The notes below the pieces were generated by a model. That model ran no database searches. It saw nothing but the letters and a program-made list of their open reading frames with translations, and was not told the origin of the DNA. From Carcharhinus amblyrhynchos (Eukaryota): a DNA stretch of 64,000 nt. Positions 13,406-25,382 of this stretch are shown here, piece by piece. The stretch lies in assembly GCA_965287045.1 (NCBI GenBank), contig OZ336902.1, positions 12,896,001 through 12,960,000 of the forward strand. The letters run 5' to 3'. The position numbers were made by a program, and so were the translations under genes. The stretch's first letter is position 1. Each line of letters begins with the position of its first letter.

Positions 13406-14592
13406 TTCAGAAGGCGTTTGATAAGGTGCTGCACAAAAGGTTGTTACAGAAGGTTAGGGGGCATGGAGTTGGGGGTAGGGTGTTAGCGTGGATAGGGGAT
13501 TGGCTGTCAAATAGGAGGCAGAGAGTGGGTGTCAGTGGGTGCTATTCGGATTGGCGGTTGGTGACTAGTGGAGTGCCCCAGGGTTCGGTGCTGGGGCCTC
13601 AGCTATTTACCATTTATATAGATGATCTGGAGGAGGGACCGAGTGTAAGGTGTCGAAATTTGCTGACGACACAAAGATTGGTGGAACGGCAAATTGTGCG
13701 GAGCGTGTGGAAAGTCTGCAAAAGGATCTAGATAGGCTGAGCGAGTGGGCAAGGACCTGGCAGATGGAATACAATGTTGGCAAGTGTGAGGTTATCCACT
13801 TTGGTAGGAATAATGGTAGGAAGGACTACTACTTATAGGGCGAAAAGCTGCAGCAGGCGACAGTGCAGAGGGACCTCGGGGTCCTTGTGCATGAGTCGCA
13901 AAAACCCAGCCTACAGGTGCAGCAGGTGGTCAGGAAGGCAAATGGGATGCTGGCCTTCATAGCGAGGGGGATTGAATATAAAAGTAGGGAGGTCTTGCTG
14001 CAACTGTACTGGGCACTGGTGAGGCCGCAGCTGGAGTACTGTGTGCAGTTTTGGTCGCCGCACCTGCGCAAGGATATTTTGGCCTTGGAGAGAGTGCAGA
14101 GGAGGTTCACTAGACTGATACTGGAGTTGAGGGGGTTGAGCTATGAGGAGAGGCTGAATAGACTGGGATTGTACTCGTTAGAGTTTAGAAGGATGAGGGG
14201 AGATCTCATTGAGACGTATAAGATGATGAAAGGGATGGATAGGGTAGAGGTGGAGAGGTTCTTCCCGCTCAAAGGACAGCAGGACTAGAGGGCACAGCCT
14301 CAAGATAAGGGGGGGGGGGGGGCTGCAGTTTAGAACGGAGTTGAGGAGGAACTTTTTCACTCAAAGGGTGGTGAATCTCTGGAATTCTCTGCCCATTGAA
14401 GTGGTTGAGGCTTCCTAGCTAAATATATTTAAGACGCGGGTAGATAGGTTTTTGGTAGGCAAGGGGATTAAGGGTTATGGGGAGAAGGCGGGAAAGTGGA
14501 ACTGAGCCACTTCAGATCAGCCGTGATCTTGTTGAATGGTGGGGCAGGCTCGAAGGGCTGGATGGCCTACTCCTGCTCCTATTTCTTATGTT
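13406..14592 (+). mobile_element. Young 5'-truncated CR1 LINE (RT C-terminal part plus 3' UTR)
   Basis: [72 protein letters not shown]-rich relative to its surroundings, with few disablements. TGTTTA on both sides (13400-13405, 14593-14598) is a possible TSD. Confidence 0.93.
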
Positions 14593-15340
14593 TGTTTAGA
14601 AGTAAACTGATTTAAAGAAATAAGAGACATGGGCAAAAGACTAAACAGATCAATATCATGAGAGACGGAACAAGCTTCTTGGGGATTAATTTATCTATTT
14701 AAGAAAGCTGCATTGGCCTTGGGATGAAATGGATAAAACACGTTTTTATTTCAAAGCTGCTGATTACATTTATCTTAGTTTGAGGTGCTCCACATGTATT
14801 TTAAGTTCCCAGTACCCACTGAGCTAGTGTTTTCTGGAATCAAAGACTAGCAGCCACAGCCAAGGTCCACCCTTAAATGTAAGGAATATGAAGCTACTTC
14901 TAAAGTAGATGAACTAAACAGTTGAGATTTATAAATCAGTTTTTACTCTCAGACTTTGTAGTCTGGATGCACAGAGTATAGTGTGTTTACGTTGCAGTAT
15001 CTGTAGAATCCTGTATTCTGCATATTGTATTGACTTGCATGTTCTTCATCATTTATATGGAAACATTATCTCTTTAAAAGTTACTAAACACGGCATTGTT
15101 TTTTTAATTTAAACTTCTAGTAGGGTCTGTATTCTATGCAAGCAATAACAAATACATATGTACTTAATGGCAATTAATACTGTAGCTAATTAATTCATTT
15201 GGCTTTGTTAGCATTTAACATTGAAATTGCCGTATGGAAATTCTGCGTACAGTTGCCTGTGTTTGCCCACACTAGCTATGGGATTAATTTCTGCATTGAC
15301 TGCATCAACCAGTGTAGATAAACAGTTTGGGAAAAACTGA

Positions 15341-15643
<303 letters not shown>

Positions 15644-15871
15644 TAAAATCATGTTGTAAGTAAAAGGATGAGAAACTTAAATTAAGTAATTTAGTTTAGT
15701 TTGAAGTATGATAGCTCAGACAGTGATTGAGCACTTCTCCCAAGCCGTTCATCTTCGTGTGTAAACTTAGATGGGAAACGCCTCTAAGATTGAGTGGAAT
15801 TGTCAGATTGACAACAATTTCTGCTTCAGGATGAGTGCACTTTGTATTCAGTCCAGCATTGTGCCAAAGTT

Positions 15872-16160
15872 GGGGCAGCTCAGTGCTTAACACTGCTGCC
15901 TCACAGCGCCATGGACCCATGTTTGATTTACGGCTTGGATCACTGTCTGCGGAGTCTGCACGTTCTCCCGTGTCTGTGTGGCTTTCCTCTGGGTGGTCCG
16001 GTTTCCTCCCACAATACAAAAGATGTGCTGGTTAGGTGCATTGGTGTGCTAAATTCTCTCTGTGTACCTGAACAGGCACCAGAGTGTGGTGACTAGGGGA
16101 TTTTCACAGTAACTTCATTAATGTCAGCCTATTTGTGACACAAATAAAACTTAAAAACTA
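15872..16160 (+). mobile_element. Shark V-SINE (HE1-like head), tail type B
   Basis: cagtgcttaacactgctgcctcacagcgcc head, V-domain-like core, tail ggggattttcacagtaacttcatt...ttgtgacacaaataaa. Confidence 0.8.
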
Positions 16161-18419
16161 AATACTGCTGATATGAGTGGGGAAATCAAATCAGCCAGGA
16201 AATGTTGTTTGGCAGTCAGGCTTTACTTGTGAAGAAATAAACAGTGCCAATGTTTTATGTATGGCATTCATTCTCTCCCCCCAGATGTGCCTGACTTGCT
16301 GAGTATTTCCAGCATTTTTAGTGCTCCAATATTATTTGTGAAGGCCGTATGACTATCTAAATTATGACACTTGTACACTTGTTCTGTGCTTTAGTGTAGC
16401 AAGGCAAAATAACAGGGAAAGAAGAATTTGGACAGTTATATTCCCAATTATTTTATAGTATTAAACAGTTAGCTAAACTGGATCATGATTAAAATTGTCA
16501 TTTTGTGCTTTTTAAAACTCAAAAATAATCCATATGTATGTTAACTGACAAATCTAGAATTTTGGAACATCGTGCATGCAATAAATAGAATAGCAATTGA
16601 CATGTGAAAAGAAAATGTTGCCCTTCATATTTAAAATGGCTGTCTTCTGACAGTTCCATTCAGATCTTTGGCCAATTGAGCCAAAGTGACCAACATAGGA
16701 ACTGGAGAGCTGGTGATCACTTGGATGAATTTTGTTCCTTGGCTTTCACAACAGAAAATTTAGGCTTTCAATGAGATTCCTTCAGGTAGCAGCAAATAAT
16801 TTCATTGAGGTGCCAATTTGTAGACCACTGCTTTATATCTCCTGAGGAACGAATGTTTTGAATTCTATCATGGAATCTGTGCCATTAGCTGAAGACTGAA
16901 ACTGTGCTTGTAGAAGAAGCTATTTCTTGAAGTGTCCTGGAAATCCATACGGCTTTGACATCAAGTTTTCGGTGGGGACACAACGAAACTGTGATGTTTC
17001 ACATGTTGCATTGGGGTCAAATGTGCCTTTTATCTTGTGCAAAAAGTTGTGACAATTATGTTTCTTTTAAAAAAAGATGCAGAGCTTTGTTTCTGCTGGT
17101 TCACTTCAAAACAAGTTGACGTTAGCAAAAACTTTACAGATCCTAACTACGAGCAGAAGTTTAGCAATATGTAGTTGGAGTAAGGTTTGAAGACACAAAT
17201 GCCTGAAGTTGGATATATTGAATTGAATTGGATTAACTGTAATTTCAGACATGAATGGCTGTCTGTGGAGGGTATCATGAGAGCTTGTGCTCGGATCACT
17301 AAGAATTGAAGCTGAATGAGAAAGATAAATACGGATTCAGCTGCTAAGGTTGACCATGCTGCTGGTTGGATAATAATTATGACTCATTAATGGGACCTGC
17401 TGTTTGAAGAGAAACCTCTTGTGTGTAGTTCAGAGATGAGTCTGTAAATGCAAACAGCTTTGTTTGATGCTTTTCAGTTCCATTCTCCTGAAGAGCCATG
17501 GAAGCGACCCTGTGTTGATTATTTTCTTGAGGGGATAGAATGGAATTATCTGGAAAAGCAACCAATAATGCATTTGCAGCAAAAAATCATTTGCAGTTTG
17601 TTTAAGCGCTGCAGGATGAGTGAGATTTTAAATAGTCGAAGTTTTCTTGTGACTGTCTAATAGTATACGTAATATTGCTTTGGAGAGTTTTGTTAAAAGT
17701 AGTGTGCCTTCTAGGTCTCTGCTGTCTGTCTCTGACTTGTTTCTGGAGTTGACAGTGAACTCCAAGGGAAGATTATGATCAGTGCAAACTCCACATACAT
17801 TCTCCTTGAAATGGCTTTCAAGCTCATTTGTAATGTGAGCGTGGTTTTATTTAAGATGTTAAATGTTCTTGCATATCAAGCAAGCTACATATATTGCAAC
17901 GGTCTGACACTCGGGCATTATTTGAATTATCCAGTCATTTGAACTGAGGCAAGATAAAGTTAGTGCAAAAAAGGTGTTTGATTGTAGAAAGCAGAGAATA
18001 ATAGCTCAATCATTATTAGTTGACTAAATCTCGTTCTGTTATTAAATTATTTTGGCCAAAATTAATTTGACAACTAGCAAAACGTGGAGGTTCATATGTC
18101 TCTGATTCTTAATACAGTACAAGTCAGAAGTATGTATAACAGTTTATACACATTACATGGTAATCTTCCACTAGTCATCATAAAGGGAAGTGTGCTTGAA
18201 TGCTGTTTTCGAGCACCTAACTATTCTTCGAATTGTACAGTACAGGTTCTCTGTCATGGAGCAGTAAACCTTAAAAGGTCTGATGTCCGGGGAGAAACTG
18301 ATTTCTCCCAAAAGGACTACATTCATCAGGATGGTTGGTGTTTCAGGCATGCAGAAGTGACTTGGACTTGGGTTTAGGGGGCTTAATTTAAAAGTTTGAG
18401 ATGTCATGTAACTTCAAAA

Positions 18420-19060
18420 TGTAAAACAATGAAACACATCAAAAATAATTTGTTGAAGACAGTTGAAGTGGTCTAACATGATGTACAAAATAAGATGTAT
18501 AAAGTGATAACATTTTGGAAGGCACAAAAGAAGAGGCAATATAAATTGAAACTATTATAAGGGGCTACAACCACGGATCCTGGTGTAAAGAATAACAGCT
18601 GTATTGGTGGTAGGACTTGAAATATATGGAACCTTTTGACCTTATAAATGGAGGCATTGAATACCAAAGCAAGCAAGTATCTCCTGCTAAACATTTCATC
18701 CATTTCTGGTTACCTTGAAAAGATAACAAGACCTTGGAGCAGGCTAGTTGCCTTCAAGATTAAAAGGGGTTTTGAAAGAGTAGATGGTGAGCGCGTTTTT
18801 CCTCTTGCGGAAGAGTTGGTAATCAGAGGGCGCGATTAAGATAACTAGCAAAAGGCCATGGGAGAGGGTGGCGGGATGTTAGAACTATTTTACAATCTAG
18901 TATGCATTGCCTGAAAAGGTGGAGGAAGCAGAGTCACTACCAATTTCCAAAAAGAAGTTGGATATATAACTGCAAAGGAGAGGTGCAATTCAATGGCGAA
19001 GTGGCATATGGACTGGGGTCATTGGGCACAATAGGCTGAATGGCAGCATCTTTTGCTGTG
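18420..19060 (+). mobile_element. Highly degenerate CR1 3' fragment
   Basis: FKIKRGFERVDGERVFPL remnant and a CR1-like 3' UTR. Confidence 0.55.
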
Positions 19061-20071
19061 ATTTGAGAATTTGTTGTCGTTTAATGAAATGAAGCAAAGA
19101 AAGAACTACAGCCAGAAGAACTTGATGAATGGCCTGTAGCTATGTTTCATTCGAAGTATTTGAAATGGCATGAGAAAGAAGCACATTGTGTAATATGTCT
19201 CTTCAACTCTAACAGAAGAATATTAGTTTTACTGTGCTTAACCTCATGTAAATACTAATTTGCAATTTAAGTATGTACATGCATGCTGCAACCATTTGCT
19301 TTTCCTTTCTTAGCTATAAAATGTTTTTTGGTTCCCATACTGAAACATCTGTTTTGTTTAAATAAATGAAGAGAAATGATCCTGCTGGTATGATAGGGGT
19401 GGAGGCATTTTGAGAGTTGAGCTGAATTGTTCTTTCTTGAATTGAAAGAGCAATTTCTTCTTGATACAGTTTCAAGAGTGTGGAGTAACATCCAGACCAT
19501 TCTTTGGGGTCTAGTTGTAGAGTATTAACAGGTTATTTTACCAGAGGATGTCCATACAATTAACTTCAAATGTAGGTTGCTAGATTGTGATAAATTAGCT
19601 GTTTTGTTTTGTCTCTCTGATATTTTTCCTTTATCCTTTATAAGGCCATTAATAGCATCCTTGCTGCTACCCTTAGTGAGGTTAGTAAACTTAGCATAGA
19701 GCATTGATTCAATTCTGGCTCGTCCCAATTTCTTTGGCTCAATGCCACCACTCCAGGCCATGGATTTACCAACACCACCATCGCTTCTTTTTCAAAGCTC
19801 ACATTTCCAACTATGGGGACTAACCTCTGTTAAACTTTTGGGCACATTGCCAAATCAAGGCTATGTTTCATTAAGAGCTTGTGTTCAAAGTCCTTAGTTG
19901 GCTTCATTTCCATATAACAAAGTTAACGGATCTAAATTGTACTTCAGTCAGTTTCCATTCATTGTTTTGTTTTCAACTGCAAAACTCAGAACTAATACTC
20001 TCACTGTTTTCGCTTTATTGTTGTAGTTAAATCATAGTTACTGGATAATATGTATTTTCTTTAATTTACAG

Positions 20072-20210
20072 CAAGGGGATGACATAGTCTTAATGGCAGA
20101 AGCTTTGGAAAAGATTTTTCTTCAGAAAATTTCGGAGATGCCACAAGAAGAGATTGAAATACCCATACAGCCTACCAAAGGATCACGGGGTAGAGGCAGG
20201 AAAGAAGCAG
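20072..20210 (+). CDS. BRD4: BRD4 coding exon 3 (end of BD1, RGRGRK motif); absent from the ORF track
   Basis: tttacag|CAA...GCAG|gtacat; hand translation [46 protein letters not shown]; 139 nt, phase 0 to 1. Confidence 0.95.
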
Positions 20211-20851
20211 GTACATGTTTTGTCCTTTATCATCTTTGGAGTAGAGGCTGAGATATTCAAGCTTGCAAAGAGCTGTTGCTTTGCTGGTGTATTTGTTCCC
20301 TGATTTGGGAGTGTTAACTGACTTCCATTTTGGACATGTAGCATCATTGTGAGTTCTCTGATATTACTGCAACAGTGCTAAATTTGTAGATAACATTGAA
20401 GTTTGGACACATTGAGAGTTATGAATGAATAAGTTTAATATGTTTCTGTGTCTCAAGATGCTGGTAACTATTGAACCATCTGTACTTGTTTCTATTTTTT
20501 CTCCTTACTCATTTTCTCATTTCCTTGGGTTACACACCAGTTGCTTCAAATTCTTTTCCAGTGCAGTTCTGAAATGGTTGCTGAGTGAACTTGTGTTTTC
20601 CTCTAAGGCACCTGGAGTCCATTTAATGCTATGCAGATGAAATGCAAATCTGAGACTGTGCACATAATTCCACTATATTTTTGATGCTAGCTATGATTAA
20701 CTCTGATAATTTTACTAAGTATTACTGATGGGGTAGCATTGTAAAATTCTTTGAATCAGTTTGAATGTAAAGCCCGACACTTGATTATGCTGCTGCGGCA
20801 TGATCTTTCTGAAGCATAGGGACTTGATGATCATACTGGTGTTTGTTTTCA

Positions 20852-21173
20852 GGGTAGCACAGTGGTTAGTACTATTGCCTCAAAGTCAGAGACCAGATTT
20901 AATTCTGGGCTTGAGTGACTGCATATTCTCTGTCTGTCTGTCTCTCTGAATTTTCTCTGGCTGCTATGATTTCCTCTCTCAGTCCAAAGTTGTGCTGATT
21001 AGATGGATTGGCTATGCTAAATTGTCACTTGGTGTCCCAAGATGTATAGGTTAGGGGAATTAGTGGGGTATAATGTGAGATTATGGGGTTAAGGTCTGGG
21101 TAAACTCCCCTCTCGGACAGTCGGTGCAGACTTGATAGGCCAAATGGCAGCCTTCTGCACTGTAGGGATTCTA
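20852..21173 (+). mobile_element. Shark V-SINE (HE1-like), CR1-type tail
   Basis: gcacagtggttagtactattgcctca head; tail ggccaaatggcagccttctgcactgtagggattcta. Confidence 0.8.
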
Positions 21174-23100
21174 AGTGTAGATTTAATTTAGGGCATTCAA
21201 AAAATTGTGTGAACCTGGTGTATGTAGTTAATAACGCTTAAAACATGCCCTTAAGACCAGAAAAAAAAGACTGGGATGATGACTACTAGCTCCTGGTTAC
21301 TGCTGTCAAAAACAACTGTAAAGATTATTTGAAAGTAGCTGTTCAGCATGATAATTCTATTGAGTCGTGGTGAAAATGCATTTCTTGTATAATTGAAGGG
21401 TTATCACTGTGCAGAATGAAGCCATTCAGTCTATCATTTTTGCATCAGCTCTTCATATGACCCTTTCACCTAATGCCATTCTCCTTCCTTCTCCCCAGAA
21501 CCCTGCAGATTATTTCTTTTCAAATAGTCACTTCCTTTGGAATGCCTTGGTTAAACCTGCTTCCACCACATTTTCTCATTTCCCTGGGTTAAACAACACT
21601 TCAGCTGTGCATTCCAGACCCTAGCCACTCTGTGAAAAATGCTTTTTGCATCACTTTTGCTATTTTTATCAGTTGCTTTAAATCTTTTCTTTCTCATTCT
21701 TTGTCCTTTCACGAGATCCTTCCCCAATCTGCTCTCTCCAACCCCCTTGTGATTTTGAATACTTGTATCAAATCTCCTTTCAGCTGCCTTTCCCCCAAGG
21801 CAAAGAGCCCAAATTCTCCAATCTATCTTCATAACTAAAAATTTTCATCCTGGAATAATTCTCATAAACCACTTTTCAATGCTGTCCAATGCCTTCACGC
21901 TCTTCCTAAAATGTGGTACCTAGAACTGTATGCAACACTCCAGCTGACATCTAATTAGTATCTTATACAGCTTCAATGCAACCTCCTTACTCTTGCACTC
22001 TATGCCTCTATTAACAAGCCTATGGTACGGTGTGCTTTATCAACTGATTTCCCAATCTGTTCGAGAGCCTTTAATTTGTGTACGTATTCACCCAGGCCCC
22101 TATGCTTCTGCAACCCCTTTAGAGTAGTACCTTTTTTTATTTTGAACTGTCTGAATGTTCCTCTGATTTCTTTGCATTGAACTTGACCTGCCACCTATCC
22201 ATTCTTTGCACCAGCTTGCCTGTCCTTTTGAAGTTCTGCATCTACAAATTTTAAACTTTCTGGCACATCAAGGTCTAGATCATTAATGTATGTCAGGAGA
22301 AGCAAGGGTCCCAATACTGACTGCTGGGGAACTCCACTACAAACTTTCCTCCAGTCCTTAACTATTACTCTTGGTTTCATGTTATTCACTCAATTTTCTA
22401 TCCATGTTGCTACCGGCCCTCTTATTCCATAAGCAAATCTCCTGTACAGCACTATCAAGTGCCTTTTGGAAGTCCATGTACACCACGTCAACAACATTGC
22501 CCTTTTAAACCTCCTCTGTGACTTCAGGAAACTTAGTTTTTTCCTTAAATCCATGCTGGCACTCCACAATTAACATGCCTTTGTCCATGTCACTATCAAT
22601 TTGATCGCAGATTATAGTTTGTCTAAGTTTTCCTATCACTGAAGTTAAACTGAATGGATTGCAGTTGCGGGGCTGATTGAACAAAGGCCACAATGATTGC
22701 AATTTCCAGCACCTCTGGCACCACCCTTGAGTCTGAGGAAGACTAAAAAGTTATCACCAATGCCTCTGCAATTTCCACTCGATTTCCATCCATATCCTTG
22801 GATGCACCTCATCTGGTCACAGTGCCTTGTCAGCTCTACAGACAGACCACCTCCATGCCAATTTTAAATCACCCTAGTGATTGAATGTCCTCTTTCTCCA
22901 TGGACTAGGTTGTATCTTCTTTGGTAAAGACACGTGCAAAGTATTCATGTAATACTTCAGATGTGTAAATTCCCTTTTTGTCCCTAGTCAGCCCTCCAGC
23001 TCGTTTTTTGCCACCTTTTTGCTATTTGTCCCGAAAGAAGAATAGGATTACCTTTTATATAAGCTGCTTGCTTTTTCACTTCTCTGAACCTTCAGTATTT

Positions 23101-23349
23101 GTGATGTGGGTATGCCGGCGTTGGACTGGCGTAAACACAGTTAAAAAGTCTGACAACACCAGGTTTTAGTCCAACCTATTTATTTGATAATATACTCGCA
23201 AGCTTTCAGGTTAGCCCCTTCGTCAGGTGAATGGAGAGTTCTCCAGAACTCTCCATTCACCTGACGAAGGGGCTAACCCGAAAGCTTGCGAGTATATTAT
23301 CAAATAAATAGGTTGGACTAAAACCTGGTGTTGTCAGACTTTTTACTGT
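23101..23349. mobile_element. Palindromic Penelope-like non-autonomous element with a 12-bp TSD
   Basis: Arms 23142-23242 and 23245-23345 are reverse complements with 1 mismatch (23208/23279) and a 2-nt loop. CCTTCAGTATTT is duplicated at 23089-23100 and 23350-23361. Confidence 0.85.
23255..23293 (+). ncRNA. Candidate minimal type I hammerhead ribozyme motif (mirror copy on the - strand at 23194-23232)
   Basis: attcac-CTGACGA-ag-GGG ctaa CCC-GAAA-gctt-gcgagt: conserved core boxes, stem II hairpin, palindromic AAGCTT stem III and a stem I pairing with one mismatch. Confidence 0.55.
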
Positions 23350-24159
23350 CCTTCAGTATTTAGCATGGTCTTTGATTGTGTTCTCTAGCCAACACTTATC
23401 ACAAGCACACCTTCTCTTTTTATCTTAGTTTTCTATCTTAATTGTTGTCCAGGGAGCTCTGGCTTTGTTTGTCTTACCTTTCATTTTGAATGAACACACC
23501 TTGACTGTGCCTGAACCATCCCTTTTATGAAGGTAGCCCATTGTTCAGCTGCCAGGAACACAAACTTGCCCTTGACTCATAAAAATGTGGAACAAACGGT
23601 CAAGTTTTTGTCAAAGCTGTTAATATGTCCAAATTAAGTGCGTTTTGCTGCTAAGAAATATTTTACCCACATTCTAGTAGCAGACTACAAACTGTTGCCC
23701 AGAAACCAGAGTTGTGATATGAATTGAAATTCCAAAGTGCCAATACCATTAGCATATTGGTAACAGTTGTGAATACTTTCAATAGAAATATAATTACCTT
23801 AAGGGCATAGAACAGCACAATAGGTTAATGAGCATCTAGAAGAAACTATTTAACATTGGCCTTGCCATTTATTGTTGTAATCTTTTGCTGGCTATTTAAT
23901 GCCTTGTTTTAAATTTGAATTCCGCTATCTTCTACTCCATTTTTGTTTTGCCGTAAATGGCATGTTAATGCAAGCATTGGTTCCACACATCATGCTTTCT
24001 GATGGAGAATATTCTGTTGCATGCTCCAACTTCATGGAATTCCTATTTTTCATTTGTGTATAACTGATTATCTAACCTTGTTGCCACAGACATTCATCAG
24101 GAAGTAACAAATTTATTTTTCTCTTTTATTCCATACTGGAGAGATTTGAAAGGAAAATT

Positions 24160-24560
24160 TGCATTTTGAATGACATCTTTCACAACCTAAGGATGCCCCC
24201 AAAGCACTTTACAGCCAATTTAGTATGATTTGTGCCTTAGCTGCTTGAGGAAATGTGGCAAATAGGATGTGCAAACAAGCTCCCACAGACGGCAATATGA
24301 TCTGTTTCGTGTTGATTAAGGGATACACGTTGACCAGGACATCAGTGACAACTCCCCAGCTCTTCCTCAAAATAATAGTGCCCACAGTATCTTTTACATT
24401 CACCTGAGAGCAGGTGTGGTCTTGCCTAATGTCTCATTCATAAGCTGGCATCTCTTTTCAGTACATTCAAGAGCATTAGATTTTTGTGCTTCTGTTTCTG
24501 AAGTGGCACTTGAACCCACAGTCTTCTAACTCGAGGTGAGAGTGCACTACTAACTTTTGA
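24160..24560 (-). mobile_element. Deu-type tRNA-derived SINE
   Basis: Reverse-complement similarity to 1445-1850 (acttgaacccaca head, aatgtctcat core, caaagcactttacagccaat tail). Confidence 0.65.
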
Positions 24561-25063
24561 GACAGGGCTAACACAAAATAGACACTGAATTTGTAACCAG
24601 TTCTCCAAAAAGTAAGTCCCTTTCCTTATGCATGTGAACACACACATGCAATATTTAAGGAATGTTATGTTTCTAAGCTGTGGTTAGAAGACATCGGGCT
24701 GTTGGCTCGCTGCAAACATGACGATATTAGATGTTACAGACCATAAGATCATACTTGTGGAAATGGCCACAAAACCGATTTAAGATGGCTGCAGGTAAAC
24801 ATGTCATTATAGAAATGTAAATTGTGGACAATATTTGATTGTGTCCAATATTTAGTTAAACATGGAGCCGAATAAGGATACCTTGCAACTCTCTTATGTA
24901 AAATACTCAAAACCTAGCACTCCATGCAAGCTTTTGGCCTCCTGCTGGAACCCTGTTCTGTTGCTAGGGGTTGCATTTTGTCTAGTGCTCTTACAAAACA
25001 CCTTGGCTGGGATGCTCTATTAAAAGGTGCAATATAAATGTAAGTTGTTGGTTCATTCAATTT

Positions 25064-25382
25064 GAATCATTGGTCTCCTGCACTGCAGGGATTCTTTCGG
25101 CCCATTAAGACTGCACCGACAACAATTCCACCTGGGTCCTATCCCCATTTCTCCACACATTCACCCTGTTAGTCCCCCAATACTAAGGGCAAATTAACAT
25201 GGCCAATCAACCTAACTTGCACATATTTGGATTGTGGGAGGAAACCGGAGCATGCGGAGAAAACCCACGCAGACACGGGGAGAATGTGAAAACCTTGTAC
25301 AGACAGTGACCCAAGCCGGGAATTGAGACTAGGTCCTGGCACTGTGAGGTAGCAGTGCTAGCCCCTGTGCCATATGCTGCCC
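25064..25382 (-). mobile_element. Shark V-SINE with an internal 25-bp inversion in its tail
   Basis: gtgggaggaaaccggagca...acagtgacccaagccgggaattga...ggcactgtgaggtagcagtgcta is the reverse complement of the V-SINE head and core. Confidence 0.85.

Larger units (their letters stand above)
21400..23560 (-). mobile_element. Old CR1 LINE, interrupted by the palindromic insertion at 23101
   Basis: Minus-strand peptides SGVPQQSVLGPLLLLTYINDL and PFSLTSVIGKL..II.DQI...QHGF. Confidence 0.8.

Noticed and set aside
14309-14322. Poly-G run as a functional G-quadruplex
   Set aside because: A homopolymer expansion inside a CR1 copy; its length may also be a sequencing error.
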